Shown here piece by piece: positions 1 to 8,392 of a DNA stretch of 64,000 nt (within the stretch, counting starts at the first letter, position 1; every line of letters starts with the position of its first letter). The stretch is taken from NCBI GenBank assembly GCA_035353815.1, contig DAOQAG010000001.1:17159-81158 (forward strand). The letters run 5' to 3'. The DNA comes from a bacterium. GTDB taxonomy: Bacteria > Zhuqueibacterota > Zhuqueibacteria > Residuimicrobiales > Residuimicrobiaceae. The notes under the pieces are model-generated. The model searched no databases. It saw nothing but the letters and a program-made list of their open reading frames with translations, and was not told the DNA's origin. A program made the position numbers and the translations under genes.

Positions 1-617
1 CCCTCATCGGCATAGCGCAGGATGGCGGGGGTGATTCCCACGGTCGAGATGACGATATGGCGGTGGCCAATGGCGATGCCATCGGCGGCGTTGATCACGG
101 CCGCAGCGGCCATGACCGCCTCGTAGTTAACCAGGGGTTCGCCCATCCCCATAAAGACGATGTTGGTCGGCAGTGCACCGCTATCCCGCGCGGCCTGCAG
201 CACCTGATCGACGATCTCGCCGGCGGTCAGGCTACGCTGGAAACCCAGGGCGCCGGTGGCGCAAAAGGTGCACCCCAGGGCACAGCCCACCTGGCTCGAG
301 ATACACAGGGTGCGCCGCCCCGCCTCGGGGATATAGACCGCTTCGACCAGGGCCTTGTCTTCCAGCCGAAAGAGATACTTGACCGATCCGCTCGCCGCCG
401 AGACCTGTTTTTGCGCCAGGTCCATCCAGCCCAGTACCGCCTCCTCCTCCAGCCGCTGCCGCAGCGGCTTGGCGATATCGCTCATGCGGTCAAAGCCGCC
501 GGCCTGTTTGGTGTAAATCCAGCTGAAGAGCTGCCGGCCGCGGAATTTCTTTTCCCCGAGCGCCTCAGCGTAGAGCTCCAGATCGGTGCGGTTCATGCCG
601 ACAAGATGGGTTTTCAT
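1..617 (-). CDS. rlmN: 23S rRNA m2A2503 / tRNA A37 methyltransferase RlmN (radical SAM), N-terminal ~205 aa; the C-terminus lies beyond the window start
   Basis: Minus-strand translation from the ATG at 617 gives 'MKTHLVGMNRTDLELYAEALGEKKFRGRQLFSWIY...' followed by the radical-SAM cysteine motif 'CISSQVGCALGCTFCATG'. An in-frame alternative ATG lies at 650. It is absent from the ORF track because there is no stop codon inside the window. The plus-strand ORF 57..668 is its antisense shadow. Confidence 0.85.
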   Translation of the reverse strand, partial: MKTHLVGMNRTDLELYAEALGEKKFRGRQLFSWIYTKQAGGFDRMSDIAKPLRQRLEEEAVLGWMDLAQKQVSAASGSVKYLFRLEDKALVEAVYIPEAGRRTLCISSQVGCALGCTFCATGALGFQRSLTAGEIVDQVLQAARDSGALPTNIVFMGMGEPLVNYEAVMAAAAVINAADGIAIGHRHIVISTVGITPAILRYADE

Positions 618-819
618 GTAAGTACTTTGCCCTTGAACAGGATCATGGCCCCCCATTTCTTCCCTTAAATTACGCGATCCGGATCAATTTTCCAATCTTT
701 TCCGCAAGGCGGAACAACCGCCGGTATTTGCCGGTTATAAAAGAACATCGCGGCAGTGAACATTTGCTGTGACTGTTCACCTTTGTACCCGTTACCTTAC
801 TCTAGGATCAGGAGGCGGC

Positions 820-1818
820 ATGGAATCTCGCGGCGACCGCGATCTGGATGCAGTGGCTCAACTGAAAGCGGCTCACCAGGCGATCAGGGACGAAATCGGC
901 AAGGTCATCATCGGTCAGCATCAGGTCATCGACGAATTGCTCATCTCGCTCCTCGCCCGGGGCCACGCCCTGCTGGTGGGGGTCCCCGGCCTCGCCAAGA
1001 CCCTGCTGATCAGCACGTTGGCGCGTGTTCTGGACCTGCAGTTCAAACGCATCCAATTCACTCCGGATCTGATGCCCTCCGATATCACCGGCACCGAGGT
1101 GATCGAGGAGGAACCCGGCAGCGGCCGCAAGACCTTCAAATATGCCAAGGGCCCGATCTTCGCCAACATCATCCTCGCCGACGAGATCAACCGGACGCCG
1201 CCCAAAACCCAGTCCGCGCTGCTCCAGGCCATGCAGGAACATGAAGTCTCCGCCGCCGGCGTCACCTACAAGCTCGACGAACCTTTTTTCGTCCTCGCCA
1301 CCCAGAATCCGATCGAACAGGAGGGCACCTATCCTCTGCCCGAGGCCCAGCTCGATCGTTTCATGTTCAATCTGTGGGTCGATTATCCGGAGGAGGCCGA
1401 GGAAGAGCAGATTGTGCGCGCCACCACCAGCGCCTATCATGCCGACCTCAAGGTGATCCTCAAGGCGGAGGATATCATCGCACTGCAGGAATTGGTGCGC
1501 CGTGTGCCTGTTGCCGACAATGTGATCCACTATGCCGTACAGCTGGCGCGCCGCACCCGTCCCGGTCATGCCAGCGCCCCCGGCTTCATCCGCGAGTGGA
1601 TCACCTGGGGCGCCGGCCCGCGTGCCTCGCAATATCTCATCCTCGGCGCCAAAACCCGGGCCATCCTCGACGGCCGACCCACCCCCGATATCGCCGATGT
1701 CCGCGCCCTGGCCAAACCGGTGCTGCGCCATCGCCTCGTCACCAGCTTTAACGCCGAGGCCGAGGGCGTCACCACGGCCCAGATCATCGACCGGCTCATC
1801 TCGGACCAGGAGAGCTAG
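820..1818 (+). CDS. MoxR-family AAA+ ATPase
   Basis: Walker A motif 'LLVGVPGLAKT', and the MoxR signatures 'IQFTPDLMPSDITGTEV' and 'ILADEINRTPPKTQSALLQAM'. The start ATG at 820 has an AGGAGG RBS; the ORF's upstream extension from 769 has none. Confidence 0.85.
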   Translation: MESRGDRDLDAVAQLKAAHQAIRDEIGKVIIGQHQVIDELLISLLARGHALLVGVPGLAKTLLISTLARVLDLQFKRIQFTPDLMPSDITGTEVIEEEPGSGRKTFKYAKGPIFANIILADEINRTPPKTQSALLQAMQEHEVSAAGVTYKLDEPFFVLATQNPIEQEGTYPLPEAQLDRFMFNLWVDYPEEAEEEQIVRATTSAYHADLKVILKAEDIIALQELVRRVPVADNVIHYAVQLARRTRPGHASAPGFIREWITWGAGPRASQYLILGAKTRAILDGRPTPDIADVRALAKPVLRHRLVTSFNAEAEGVTTAQIIDRLISDQES

Positions 1819-1821
1819 ACC

Positions 1822-2730
1822 ATGGCCGCCGCTGCGCCGGACTACCGGCAGTTTCTCCAGCCCGGCACTGTCTCCAAGCTGGCCAATCTCGACCTTGTCG
1901 CCCGCCTGGTCGTGGAAGGCTTTATCACCGGACTGCACCGCAGCCCCTACCACGGCTTCAGCGTCGAATTCGCCGAACACCGCCCCTACATGCCCGGCGA
2001 CGACATCCGCCACATCGACTGGAAGGTCTACGCCAAGACCCATCGCTATTACCTCAAGGAATTCGAGGAGGAGACCAACCTCAAAACCTATCTCCTCCTC
2101 GACGCCTCCGCCTCCATGGGATACAGCTCGGGAACGGTCACCAAGCTCCGCTATGCGACCTATCTGGCGGCCGCCCTGGCCTATCTGATGATCGGCCAGC
2201 GGGACGCCGTCGGCCTGGTCACCTTTGATGACAAGATCCGCCGCTACCTGCCGCCACGCTCAATATCCAGCTACCTGACCCTGCTGCTGCAGGAGATGCA
2301 AAATACCCTCCCCGCAGCCACCACCGATGTCGCCCAGACGCTGCACCAGATGGCCGAACGCATCCATCGCCGTGGACTGGTGATGCTCTTCTCCGATCTT
2401 CTCGACGAGCCCCAGAACATCATCTCCGGACTCAAGCACTTCCGCCATAATCACCACGAGGTGATCGTTTTTCACCTCCTGGACCCCCTGGAACGGTCCT
2501 TTGATTTCCGGCAGGACGGACTCTTTATCGACCTCGAAAGCGGCGAGCGCATGGCGACGCAGCCCTGGCATATCCGCAGCGATTATCGCCGTCTGATCGC
2601 CGGCCACATCGAGTCGCTGCGGCGGCAATGCCGCGAAAACCGCATCGATTATGTGCTGATGGATACTGGAACATCCTTCGAGGGGGCGCTGCTGCAGTAT
2701 CTCGGCAAACGCCAGCGGATCGGTGGGTAA
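1822..2730 (+). CDS. DUF58-domain (vWA-fold) protein, the usual partner of MoxR ATPases
   Basis: 'VEFAEHRPYMPGDDIRHIDWKVYAKT' is the DUF58 signature. It lies 3 nt downstream of moxR. Confidence 0.8.
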   Translation: MAAAAPDYRQFLQPGTVSKLANLDLVARLVVEGFITGLHRSPYHGFSVEFAEHRPYMPGDDIRHIDWKVYAKTHRYYLKEFEEETNLKTYLLLDASASMGYSSGTVTKLRYATYLAAALAYLMIGQRDAVGLVTFDDKIRRYLPPRSISSYLTLLLQEMQNTLPAATTDVAQTLHQMAERIHRRGLVMLFSDLLDEPQNIISGLKHFRHNHHEVIVFHLLDPLERSFDFRQDGLFIDLESGERMATQPWHIRSDYRRLIAGHIESLRRQCRENRIDYVLMDTGTSFEGALLQYLGKRQRIGG

Positions 2731-2791
2731 GGGCGCGGGAACCAGGGGCAAAAAAAAAAGCCCGGAACCCGGGCTCAAAAAAAGAGGCTTT

Positions 2792-3208
2792 TCAGCGGAA
2801 CATCGCCTTGATGCTGCCCCAGGTCTGCCGCGCAGAGGAGATCTGCGGCGTCAGATGCAGGATTTTGTCATACTCGATGACCGAGCCATCCTCATTGACC
2901 AGGCGCAGCTTGTAATAGAATTCGTGATTGCTTTCCTTGAAAACGCTTTTATCGAGATAGGTATAGGTCTTTTCGCCGCTCTCGAGCTTTTTAGCCTCAA
3001 TGGTGGCGATGGCTTCGTAATCGCGGTTATCCAGAGAACGCAGAAGTTGATAACTGCGCAGGTTGTTCTCAGCGGCAACGATCCACTTGATTTCAACCTG
3101 ATTGTACCCGGCTTCCCCCTGAAAGGTGGAAATAATGGCGCCGCCGAACAGAAGCGAATTCAGCACGACCAGAACGATCAAGACGGCATATACGGAAGGC
3201 TTCAACAT
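2792..3208 (-). CDS. Small membrane-anchored or secreted hypothetical protein (N-terminal hydrophobic helix, then a beta-rich domain)
   Basis: Starts at the internal Met 'MLKPSVYAVLIVLVVLNSLLFGGAII'. The gene lies in a locally AT-rich island (about 50% GC) and is divergent from the sigma-factor gene. I recognise no family. Confidence 0.4.
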   Translation of the reverse strand: MLKPSVYAVLIVLVVLNSLLFGGAIISTFQGEAGYNQVEIKWIVAAENNLRSYQLLRSLDNRDYEAIATIEAKKLESGEKTYTYLDKSVFKESNHEFYYKLRLVNEDGSVIEYDKILHLTPQISSARQTWGSIKAMFR

Positions 3209-3343
3209 ACCCCTTTCCTGAAATGAAAACACGGAATCGACTAATAGTAAATATATAACATTTTCCGTCAAAGTCAATTCTTTTCTGCAGCGGCCGTATT
3301 TCCGCATCCGGCGCCGGCGTGAGGAACCTCATGAAATCAGTTA

Positions 3344-3372
3344 TTGACAAAGAGTGTTGCTTTCCTTATATT
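3344..3372 (+). promoter_or_regulatory. Canonical sigma-70-type promoter (TTGACA-N17-TATATT) upstream of the first sigma-factor gene
   Basis: TTGACA at 3344-3349, a 17-nt spacer, TATATT at 3367-3372, about 50 nt before the ATG at 3423. Confidence 0.5.
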
Positions 3373-3422
3373 AGCGCGAGCAAGCCCGCGGACGCCAAGA
3401 TCTGAAACCAGGGGAGTGAAGA

Positions 3423-4283
3423 TTGGCAGGGACAGGGATGTTATTCCAGATCGCAAACGTCGAGGATTCCCTCGACCGTTATTTGCGCGAAATCAACGAG
3501 ATTCCGCTGCTCACCGCCAGTGAGGAGATCGATCTCGCCGCCCGCATCCGCTCCGGCGATCAGGAAGCGCTGGAGATGCTTACCAAGTCCAATCTCCGTT
3601 TTGTCGTCAGCGTCGCCAAACAGTACCAAAACCAGGGGCTCTCGCTCGGCGACCTCATCAACGAAGGCAACCTCGGCCTGCTCAAGGCGGCCACCCGCTT
3701 CGACGAGAGCCGCGGCTTCAAGTTCATCTCCTATGCCGTCTGGTGGATCCGCCAGTCCATCCTCCAGGCTCTGGCCGAACAATCCCGCATCGTCCGCATC
3801 CCCCTCAACCGCATCGGGGCCCTCAACAAGATCGAAAAGCTCTTCTCGTCGCTCGAGCAGGAATACGAACGCGAGCCGACCAAGGAAGAACTCGCCGAAG
3901 AGATGGACATGAGCCCGGCGGATATCTCCGACCTGATGAGCAACACCAGCAAGCAGCTCTCCCTCGACGCGCCGATCGACGAAGAGGAAGAGAACAAGCT
4001 GATGGACGTCATCGAGGACTATGAGATGCCGGCGCCCGATTCACAGCTGCAGGCCGAATCCCTGCGCATCGAGATCGAACGCGCCCTCGCCTCGCTCGAA
4101 CTCCGCGAAGCCGAGGTCATCCGCCTCTACTTCGGCCTCGGCATGGAACACCCCCTCACCCTCGAAGAGATCGGCCAACGCTTCGCCCTCACCCGCGAAC
4201 GTGTCCGCCAGATCAAGGAAAAGGCCTTGCGCCGCCTGCGCCACAACTCCCGCAGCAACCTCCTCCGCAAATACCTGGGTTGA
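3423..4283 (+). CDS. RNA polymerase sigma-70 family factor; a short (286 aa) sigma-A/RpoD-like protein with regions 1.2-4 (paralog 1)
   Basis: Region 2 '[55 protein letters not shown]' and region 4 '[29 protein letters not shown]'. Its length matches the short primary sigma of FCB-group bacteria. Confidence 0.85.
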   Translation: MAGTGMLFQIANVEDSLDRYLREINEIPLLTASEEIDLAARIRSGDQEALEMLTKSNLRFVVSVAKQYQNQGLSLGDLINEGNLGLLKAATRFDESRGFKFISYAVWWIRQSILQALAEQSRIVRIPLNRIGALNKIEKLFSSLEQEYEREPTKEELAEEMDMSPADISDLMSNTSKQLSLDAPIDEEEENKLMDVIEDYEMPAPDSQLQAESLRIEIERALASLELREAEVIRLYFGLGMEHPLTLEEIGQRFALTRERVRQIKEKALRRLRHNSRSNLLRKYLG

Positions 4284-4331
4284 TCATCTCTATATATTCC
4301 ATGGGCTTACATTTTTGTCAGCACTTTTTCC

Positions 4332-4360
4332 TTGACAATCTTCTTTTTGCTTAGTAAATT
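4332..4360 (+). promoter_or_regulatory. Sigma-70-like promoter (TTGACA-N17-TAAATT) upstream of the M23 peptidase gene
   Basis: TTGACA at 4332-4337 and TAAATT at 4355-4360, in an AT-rich intergenic stretch. Confidence 0.4.
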
Positions 4361-4461
4361 ACCACATTACCCTCCGCATCTATTCCCACCTCAGCGTAAC
4401 AGAAATGGCAACTAGCGTCTAAGGACAGGAGAATTATTAATTTAACTCAAAGGAAATAGAA

Positions 4462-5385
4462 ATGCGCAACAAACAAGTGAAGCTACTCTATTTCTCTTTG
4501 GGGGGAACGGAACTAAAAGAAATAAGTTTAAGCTGGAAAAAGATCGTCGGATTTATTGGGTTAGGTATCGCCGCGATTGTGCTGGTGGTTGTGGTCAGCT
4601 CCACTCTGATTAATATTCTCTTCAGCGATTATCAGGTGGCCAACCTCAGCCGCAGCAATAGCCGGTTGCAGGCCTTGCTTACGGACATGACCTCACAGGT
4701 CCGGACTATAGAAGCCAAACTGCAATCCGTAGAAAAACAGGATGACGATTTGCGGGTGTTCGTTGACATGCCCACCATCAACAGCGACATCAAAAAGATG
4801 GGCGTGGGCGGCAATGTCAATGCCGCAGCAATCGACCTGACCTACGGCTCCGGCAACGTGAACCAGCAGGCCTTTCAGATGAAAAACCTGCTGGATAACC
4901 TGTCGCAGCGTGCGGAATTGGCCGTGGAGAGCCGCCAGGAGATCATGAATGAGTACTATAGTAACCTGCGGCGCCTGAAACAAACCCCCTCCATCAGGCC
5001 ATTGGGCGGAGGAAGAGTAACAGATAAATTCGGGTATCGTCTTGATCCGTTCATTGATCGCTTCAAGCATCACGAAGGTGTCGATTTTTCCGCCCCCCGC
5101 GGCACCGAAGTGTATGCGGCTGCAGATGGCAAAGTGGTTGAGGTGGTCACCAACTACCGGCCCAACTATGATTACGGCAAGTATGTGCTGATCAATCATG
5201 GCTTTGGCCGCCTGACCCGCTATGCACATCTCGAATCCATCGCGGTCAAACCCGGCCAGACCATCAACCGCTACACGGTGATCGGCCGCGTCGGCGATAC
5301 CGGGCGTTCCACAGGTCCTCATCTCCATTACGAGGTGATCGTGGACGGCAAACCCGTGGATCCCTTCCAGTACATTATGGATTAG
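4462..5385 (+). CDS. M23-family metallopeptidase (murein DD-endopeptidase-like) with an N-terminal transmembrane helix and a coiled coil
   Basis: 'HEGVDFSAPRGTEVYAAADGKVV ... GDTGRSTGPHLHYEV' carries the HxxxD and HxH M23 motifs. A membrane anchor 'IVGFIGLGIAAIVLVVVV' precedes them. Confidence 0.85.
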   Translation: MRNKQVKLLYFSLGGTELKEISLSWKKIVGFIGLGIAAIVLVVVVSSTLINILFSDYQVANLSRSNSRLQALLTDMTSQVRTIEAKLQSVEKQDDDLRVFVDMPTINSDIKKMGVGGNVNAAAIDLTYGSGNVNQQAFQMKNLLDNLSQRAELAVESRQEIMNEYYSNLRRLKQTPSIRPLGGGRVTDKFGYRLDPFIDRFKHHEGVDFSAPRGTEVYAAADGKVVEVVTNYRPNYDYGKYVLINHGFGRLTRYAHLESIAVKPGQTINRYTVIGRVGDTGRSTGPHLHYEVIVDGKPVDPFQYIMD

Positions 5386-5403
5386 TTCCAGTCGTTTTTC
5401 ATC

Positions 5404-5433
5404 AAGCCTGTCCGACCGACAGGCTTTTTTTTT
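5404..5433 (+). terminator. Rho-independent terminator after the M23 peptidase gene
   Basis: Stem AAGCCTGTC / GACAGGCTT with a 5-nt loop, followed by nine T residues. Confidence 0.7.
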
Positions 5434-5445
5434 GCCCGGAGCCCT

Positions 5446-6486
5446 ATGCCTCTCTCTCTTTCTCGCTGCACGCAGCTGGCCGCCATCGCCCTCATTCTCC
5501 TGGCTGCATTCGCGCTGCGCGCGTCCCAGCCCGACACTGCGCTGCTGCGCCAGGGTGTGGAATGGGGCGTGACCCACGACTATGAACGCGCCCTTGAGCT
5601 GTTCGACCGCATCACCCGCGAATTCCCCGAGCGGCCGGAAGGACCTTTCTTCCGCGCCGCCATCTACCAGTCGATGATGCTCGATTTTGAATCGGGCGAA
5701 TGGCGAGACAACTTTGACCGCTGCATCGAGTCGGCCATCCGTTTGGCCAAACACCAGCTCCGCGCCGCTCCCACCGACCCCGAAGCGCAGTTTTACGCGG
5801 GCGCCGCCTACGCCTACAAGAGCGCCCAGCTCAGCCGCGACGGGAAATACTGGCCCGCCTACCGCGCCATCCAGTCGGCCCTCGACTATCTCGAACCTCT
5901 GCTCGCCCAGGACTCTTCCTTCTGTGATGCCCGACTCGGCATCGGCACCTGGCAGTACTGGCGCAGCCGTGTCACGGTCCATTTCTCCTGGCTGCCGTTC
6001 TTTCCCGATCGCCGCAGGGAGGGCATCGCCAATATCGTCCGCGCCGGCGCGTGCACCCGCCTCTCTCCCGCCTCGGCCTGGTCCAATCTCACCTGGATCT
6101 ATATCCGTGAGAAAGAGTACGACCGGGCGATCGCCTGGGCCGAGCTCGGTCTGGAACACTACCCCGGCAGCCGCTTTTTCCTCTGGCCCCTGGCCGAAGC
6201 CCGCTTTCTCAAGGCCGATTGGAGCGCCGCACGCGACAGCTATATGGCACTGTTGGGCAGCACCCGCGCCGCCACGCCTAACAACGGCTACAACGAACTC
6301 GTCATCCTCTGGAAGATCGCCCAATGCCATGACCGGCTCGGGAATGTGGCGCAGGCGGCCGCCTGCTACCGCCAGCTGCTGGCGTGCCCGGTGGGGGACG
6401 AAGTCGCCCGGCGGGCGGCGGATAAAAAGAAAAAGGCGGCGGAGTGGCTGCAGGCGCATGCGGGAAATCCGCGCCAGGCCGAGTGA
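5446..6486 (+). CDS. Secreted TPR-like repeat protein (hypothetical)
   Basis: Signal-like N-terminus 'LAAIALILLAAFALRAS'. The rest is helical-repeat-like and rich in A, Y and W. No specific family is recognised. Confidence 0.5.
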   Translation: MPLSLSRCTQLAAIALILLAAFALRASQPDTALLRQGVEWGVTHDYERALELFDRITREFPERPEGPFFRAAIYQSMMLDFESGEWRDNFDRCIESAIRLAKHQLRAAPTDPEAQFYAGAAYAYKSAQLSRDGKYWPAYRAIQSALDYLEPLLAQDSSFCDARLGIGTWQYWRSRVTVHFSWLPFFPDRRREGIANIVRAGACTRLSPASAWSNLTWIYIREKEYDRAIAWAELGLEHYPGSRFFLWPLAEARFLKADWSAARDSYMALLGSTRAATPNNGYNELVILWKIAQCHDRLGNVAQAAACYRQLLACPVGDEVARRAADKKKKAAEWLQAHAGNPRQAE

Positions 6487-6588
6487 GCCGAAGGGTGAGG
6501 AGGGCGCCGGTGTCTTTGGGGAAGGGCAAGGTCCGACCTGGAGCGGAGTGAAACGAAGGGCAAGGTGGGCACAGCGGCAGCCGCGGCT

Positions 6589-7056
6589 TCAGGAGGCGGA
6601 GAGACGCCGCGTACGACGCCACCACAGCACCGCCTCGACCACCGCCATCGTGCCGAGCCAGAGCGGGATCCAGCAGACCGTGGCTTCGGGCCAGATCCAG
6701 CCCAGTTCAAAACTTTTCCAGGAGAAGGGGAAGAACCAGTAATAACCGGCGCCGAGGTGGCATTGCATGAGGTCAAGGGCAAAATGCAGCAGGATGCCAG
6801 CGCTGAGCGCCAGGCGGGCACCGCGCCGCAGCGCGGGAGCCATCCCTTCGGCCAGCAGCAGGCCGCACAACAGGGCGAAGAGCGGGGTATGCAAGGCGAC
6901 GGTGTACCCTTGCCAGCGCGGATTGAGGATGTAAATGGGACGGGAGATGATATCGGGCAGGATGGCGCCGAGGAAAAAGGGCAGCCGTACCTGGCGCCAA
7001 CGTCCGGGCCGCGCCAGCAGCCAGGCGGCGAAGGTATGGGTCACGAGATCCGGCAT
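6589..7056 (-). CDS. Membrane-bound metal-dependent hydrolase family protein (YdjM/PF04307-like)
   Basis: 'MPDLVTHTFAAWLL', repeated His residues and a multi-transmembrane profile. I chose the Met at 7056 as the start. Confidence 0.5.
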   Translation of the reverse strand: MPDLVTHTFAAWLLARPGRWRQVRLPFFLGAILPDIISRPIYILNPRWQGYTVALHTPLFALLCGLLLAEGMAPALRRGARLALSAGILLHFALDLMQCHLGAGYYWFFPFSWKSFELGWIWPEATVCWIPLWLGTMAVVEAVLWWRRTRRLSAS

Positions 7057-7487
7057 TTTTCCCGCTCCTCCCACCAGCCCTTGCGGAAATCAAAGCGGTA
7101 GGCCGCGACCCAGCCGGCGGCCAGCAGCAGCGGCGGCAGGATCGACCAGAGGATCTTGGCGCGGCGGCCCTTGGCGGCGTGGAGCGCTTCCAGTTCCAGC
7201 CATCCCGGCGCATGAAAGCGTGCGATCAGGCTGAGATACTCCCCGGGCTGCGCGGCGCCGGGCGCGCCGACCACGGTGCAGCGCTTTCCCATCTGCCGGA
7301 TCCAGAGACTGTCCGGCCAGGTCCGCACCACCGTGACCTCAGTGGCGATGATAATGCGCTGGCCGTCAAAGCGTGCCGGATCGGCGAGACATTCCTGCAA
7401 GGTGACCGCCGGATTCTCTTCGTAGCCGTACCGGATCATCCCCGCCAGCGCGAGCAGGATCAACGAGATAGAGACCCTCCGCCGCAT
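7041..7487 (-). CDS. Hypothetical membrane protein (hydrophobic segments at both the N- and C-terminus)
   Basis: ORF with 'MRRRVSISLILLALAGMI' and 'ILWSILPPLLLAAGWVAAY'. It overlaps the downstream gene by about 16 nt. No family is recognised. Confidence 0.35.
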   Translation of the reverse strand: MRRRVSISLILLALAGMIRYGYEENPAVTLQECLADPARFDGQRIIIATEVTVVRTWPDSLWIRQMGKRCTVVGAPGAAQPGEYLSLIARFHAPGWLELEALHAAKGRRAKILWSILPPLLLAAGWVAAYRFDFRKGWWEEREKCRIS

Positions 7488-7490
7488 GGC

Positions 7491-8300
7491 TCAAGCCCCG
7501 GCAAAAAGCGGTGCCAGGTGGCAGCGCGTCGTCTGCAGCATCATCTCATGCAGCAAGCCATTGGAGGCGACCACATTACCGGTCCAGACGCCCTGGCCGC
7601 CACCGCTGAAATCGCTGAATCGACCGCCCGCCTCGGTCAGGATCAGGGAAGCGGCCGCGGCATCCCAGGGTGACAAGCCCAGCTCCCAATAGCCTTCGAA
7701 GCGGCCGCAGGCGACATAGCAGAGATCGAGGGCGGCGGAACCGAGGCGCCGCACCCCGCTCACCTGAAGAAAAAGCTCATGAAAGGCTTCCAGATAACGG
7801 CCCAGGTGATGCTTCTGTTTGAAAGGGAATCCCGTGGCCAGCAGGCTCCGGCCAGGATCAGCTGTCGACGAAACCCGGATCGCCTTGCCGTTGCATTCAG
7901 CCCCGCAGCCCTTTTCCGCAATGAAAAGCTCCCCATGCACGGGATCCAGGACCAGCCCGAAGCGGATCTCTCCCTCCACCTCCAGTGCCATCGAGATTGC
8001 AAAAATCGGGATGCCGTGAATATAATTGGTGGTGCCGTCGAGGGGATCGATGATCCAGCGCCAGCCGCCGCCCGCTGCCCGGCTGGACTCCTCCGCGAAG
8101 TAGGTATGGTGTGGAAAGGCGCGGCTGAGCCGATCGATGATAAGCTGTTCCGAGCTTTTGTCGACGAAAGTGACAAAATCGGCCGCCCCCTTGAGATCGA
8201 TCTCCTCCCTGGCGATGGTGCCAAAGTGGCGCAACAGCAGCGCGGCGGCTTCCTGTGCCGCGGCGATGGCCTCCGCCCTCTCCTTTTCGAGCCTCTGCAT
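7491..8300 (-). CDS. suhB: Inositol monophosphatase family protein (SuhB-like)
   Basis: 'WIIDPLDGTTNYIHGIPIFAISMAL' is the IMPase metal-binding signature; 'FAEES' is also present. Confidence 0.85.
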   Translation of the reverse strand: MQRLEKERAEAIAAAQEAAALLLRHFGTIAREEIDLKGAADFVTFVDKSSEQLIIDRLSRAFPHHTYFAEESSRAAGGGWRWIIDPLDGTTNYIHGIPIFAISMALEVEGEIRFGLVLDPVHGELFIAEKGCGAECNGKAIRVSSTADPGRSLLATGFPFKQKHHLGRYLEAFHELFLQVSGVRRLGSAALDLCYVACGRFEGYWELGLSPWDAAAASLILTEAGGRFSDFSGGGQGVWTGNVVASNGLLHEMMLQTTRCHLAPLFAGA

Positions 8301-8392
8301 ATACTCCCTGTGTTGATCCGGTTATTCTGACCGCGCGCGGCGCTCAGTCGGGCCGCAGTTTGCTTCGTTCCAGTTGCCGAGGCGGGCCGCCG

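Noticed and set aside
57-668. 203-aa plus-strand ORF at the window start
   Set aside because: It is the antisense shadow of rlmN. The minus strand encodes an unmistakable RlmN N-terminus and radical-SAM motif, and the plus-strand product is low-complexity Gly/Arg/Ala-rich.
808-2043. 411-aa minus-strand ORF
   Set aside because: It is antisense to moxR/DUF58, a GC-rich spurious ORF with no RBS and no family signature.
4693-6459. 588-aa minus-strand ORF
   Set aside because: It spans two well-supported plus-strand genes (the M23 peptidase and the TPR protein), and its Gly/Ala/Arg-rich composition is typical of a high-GC antisense frame.
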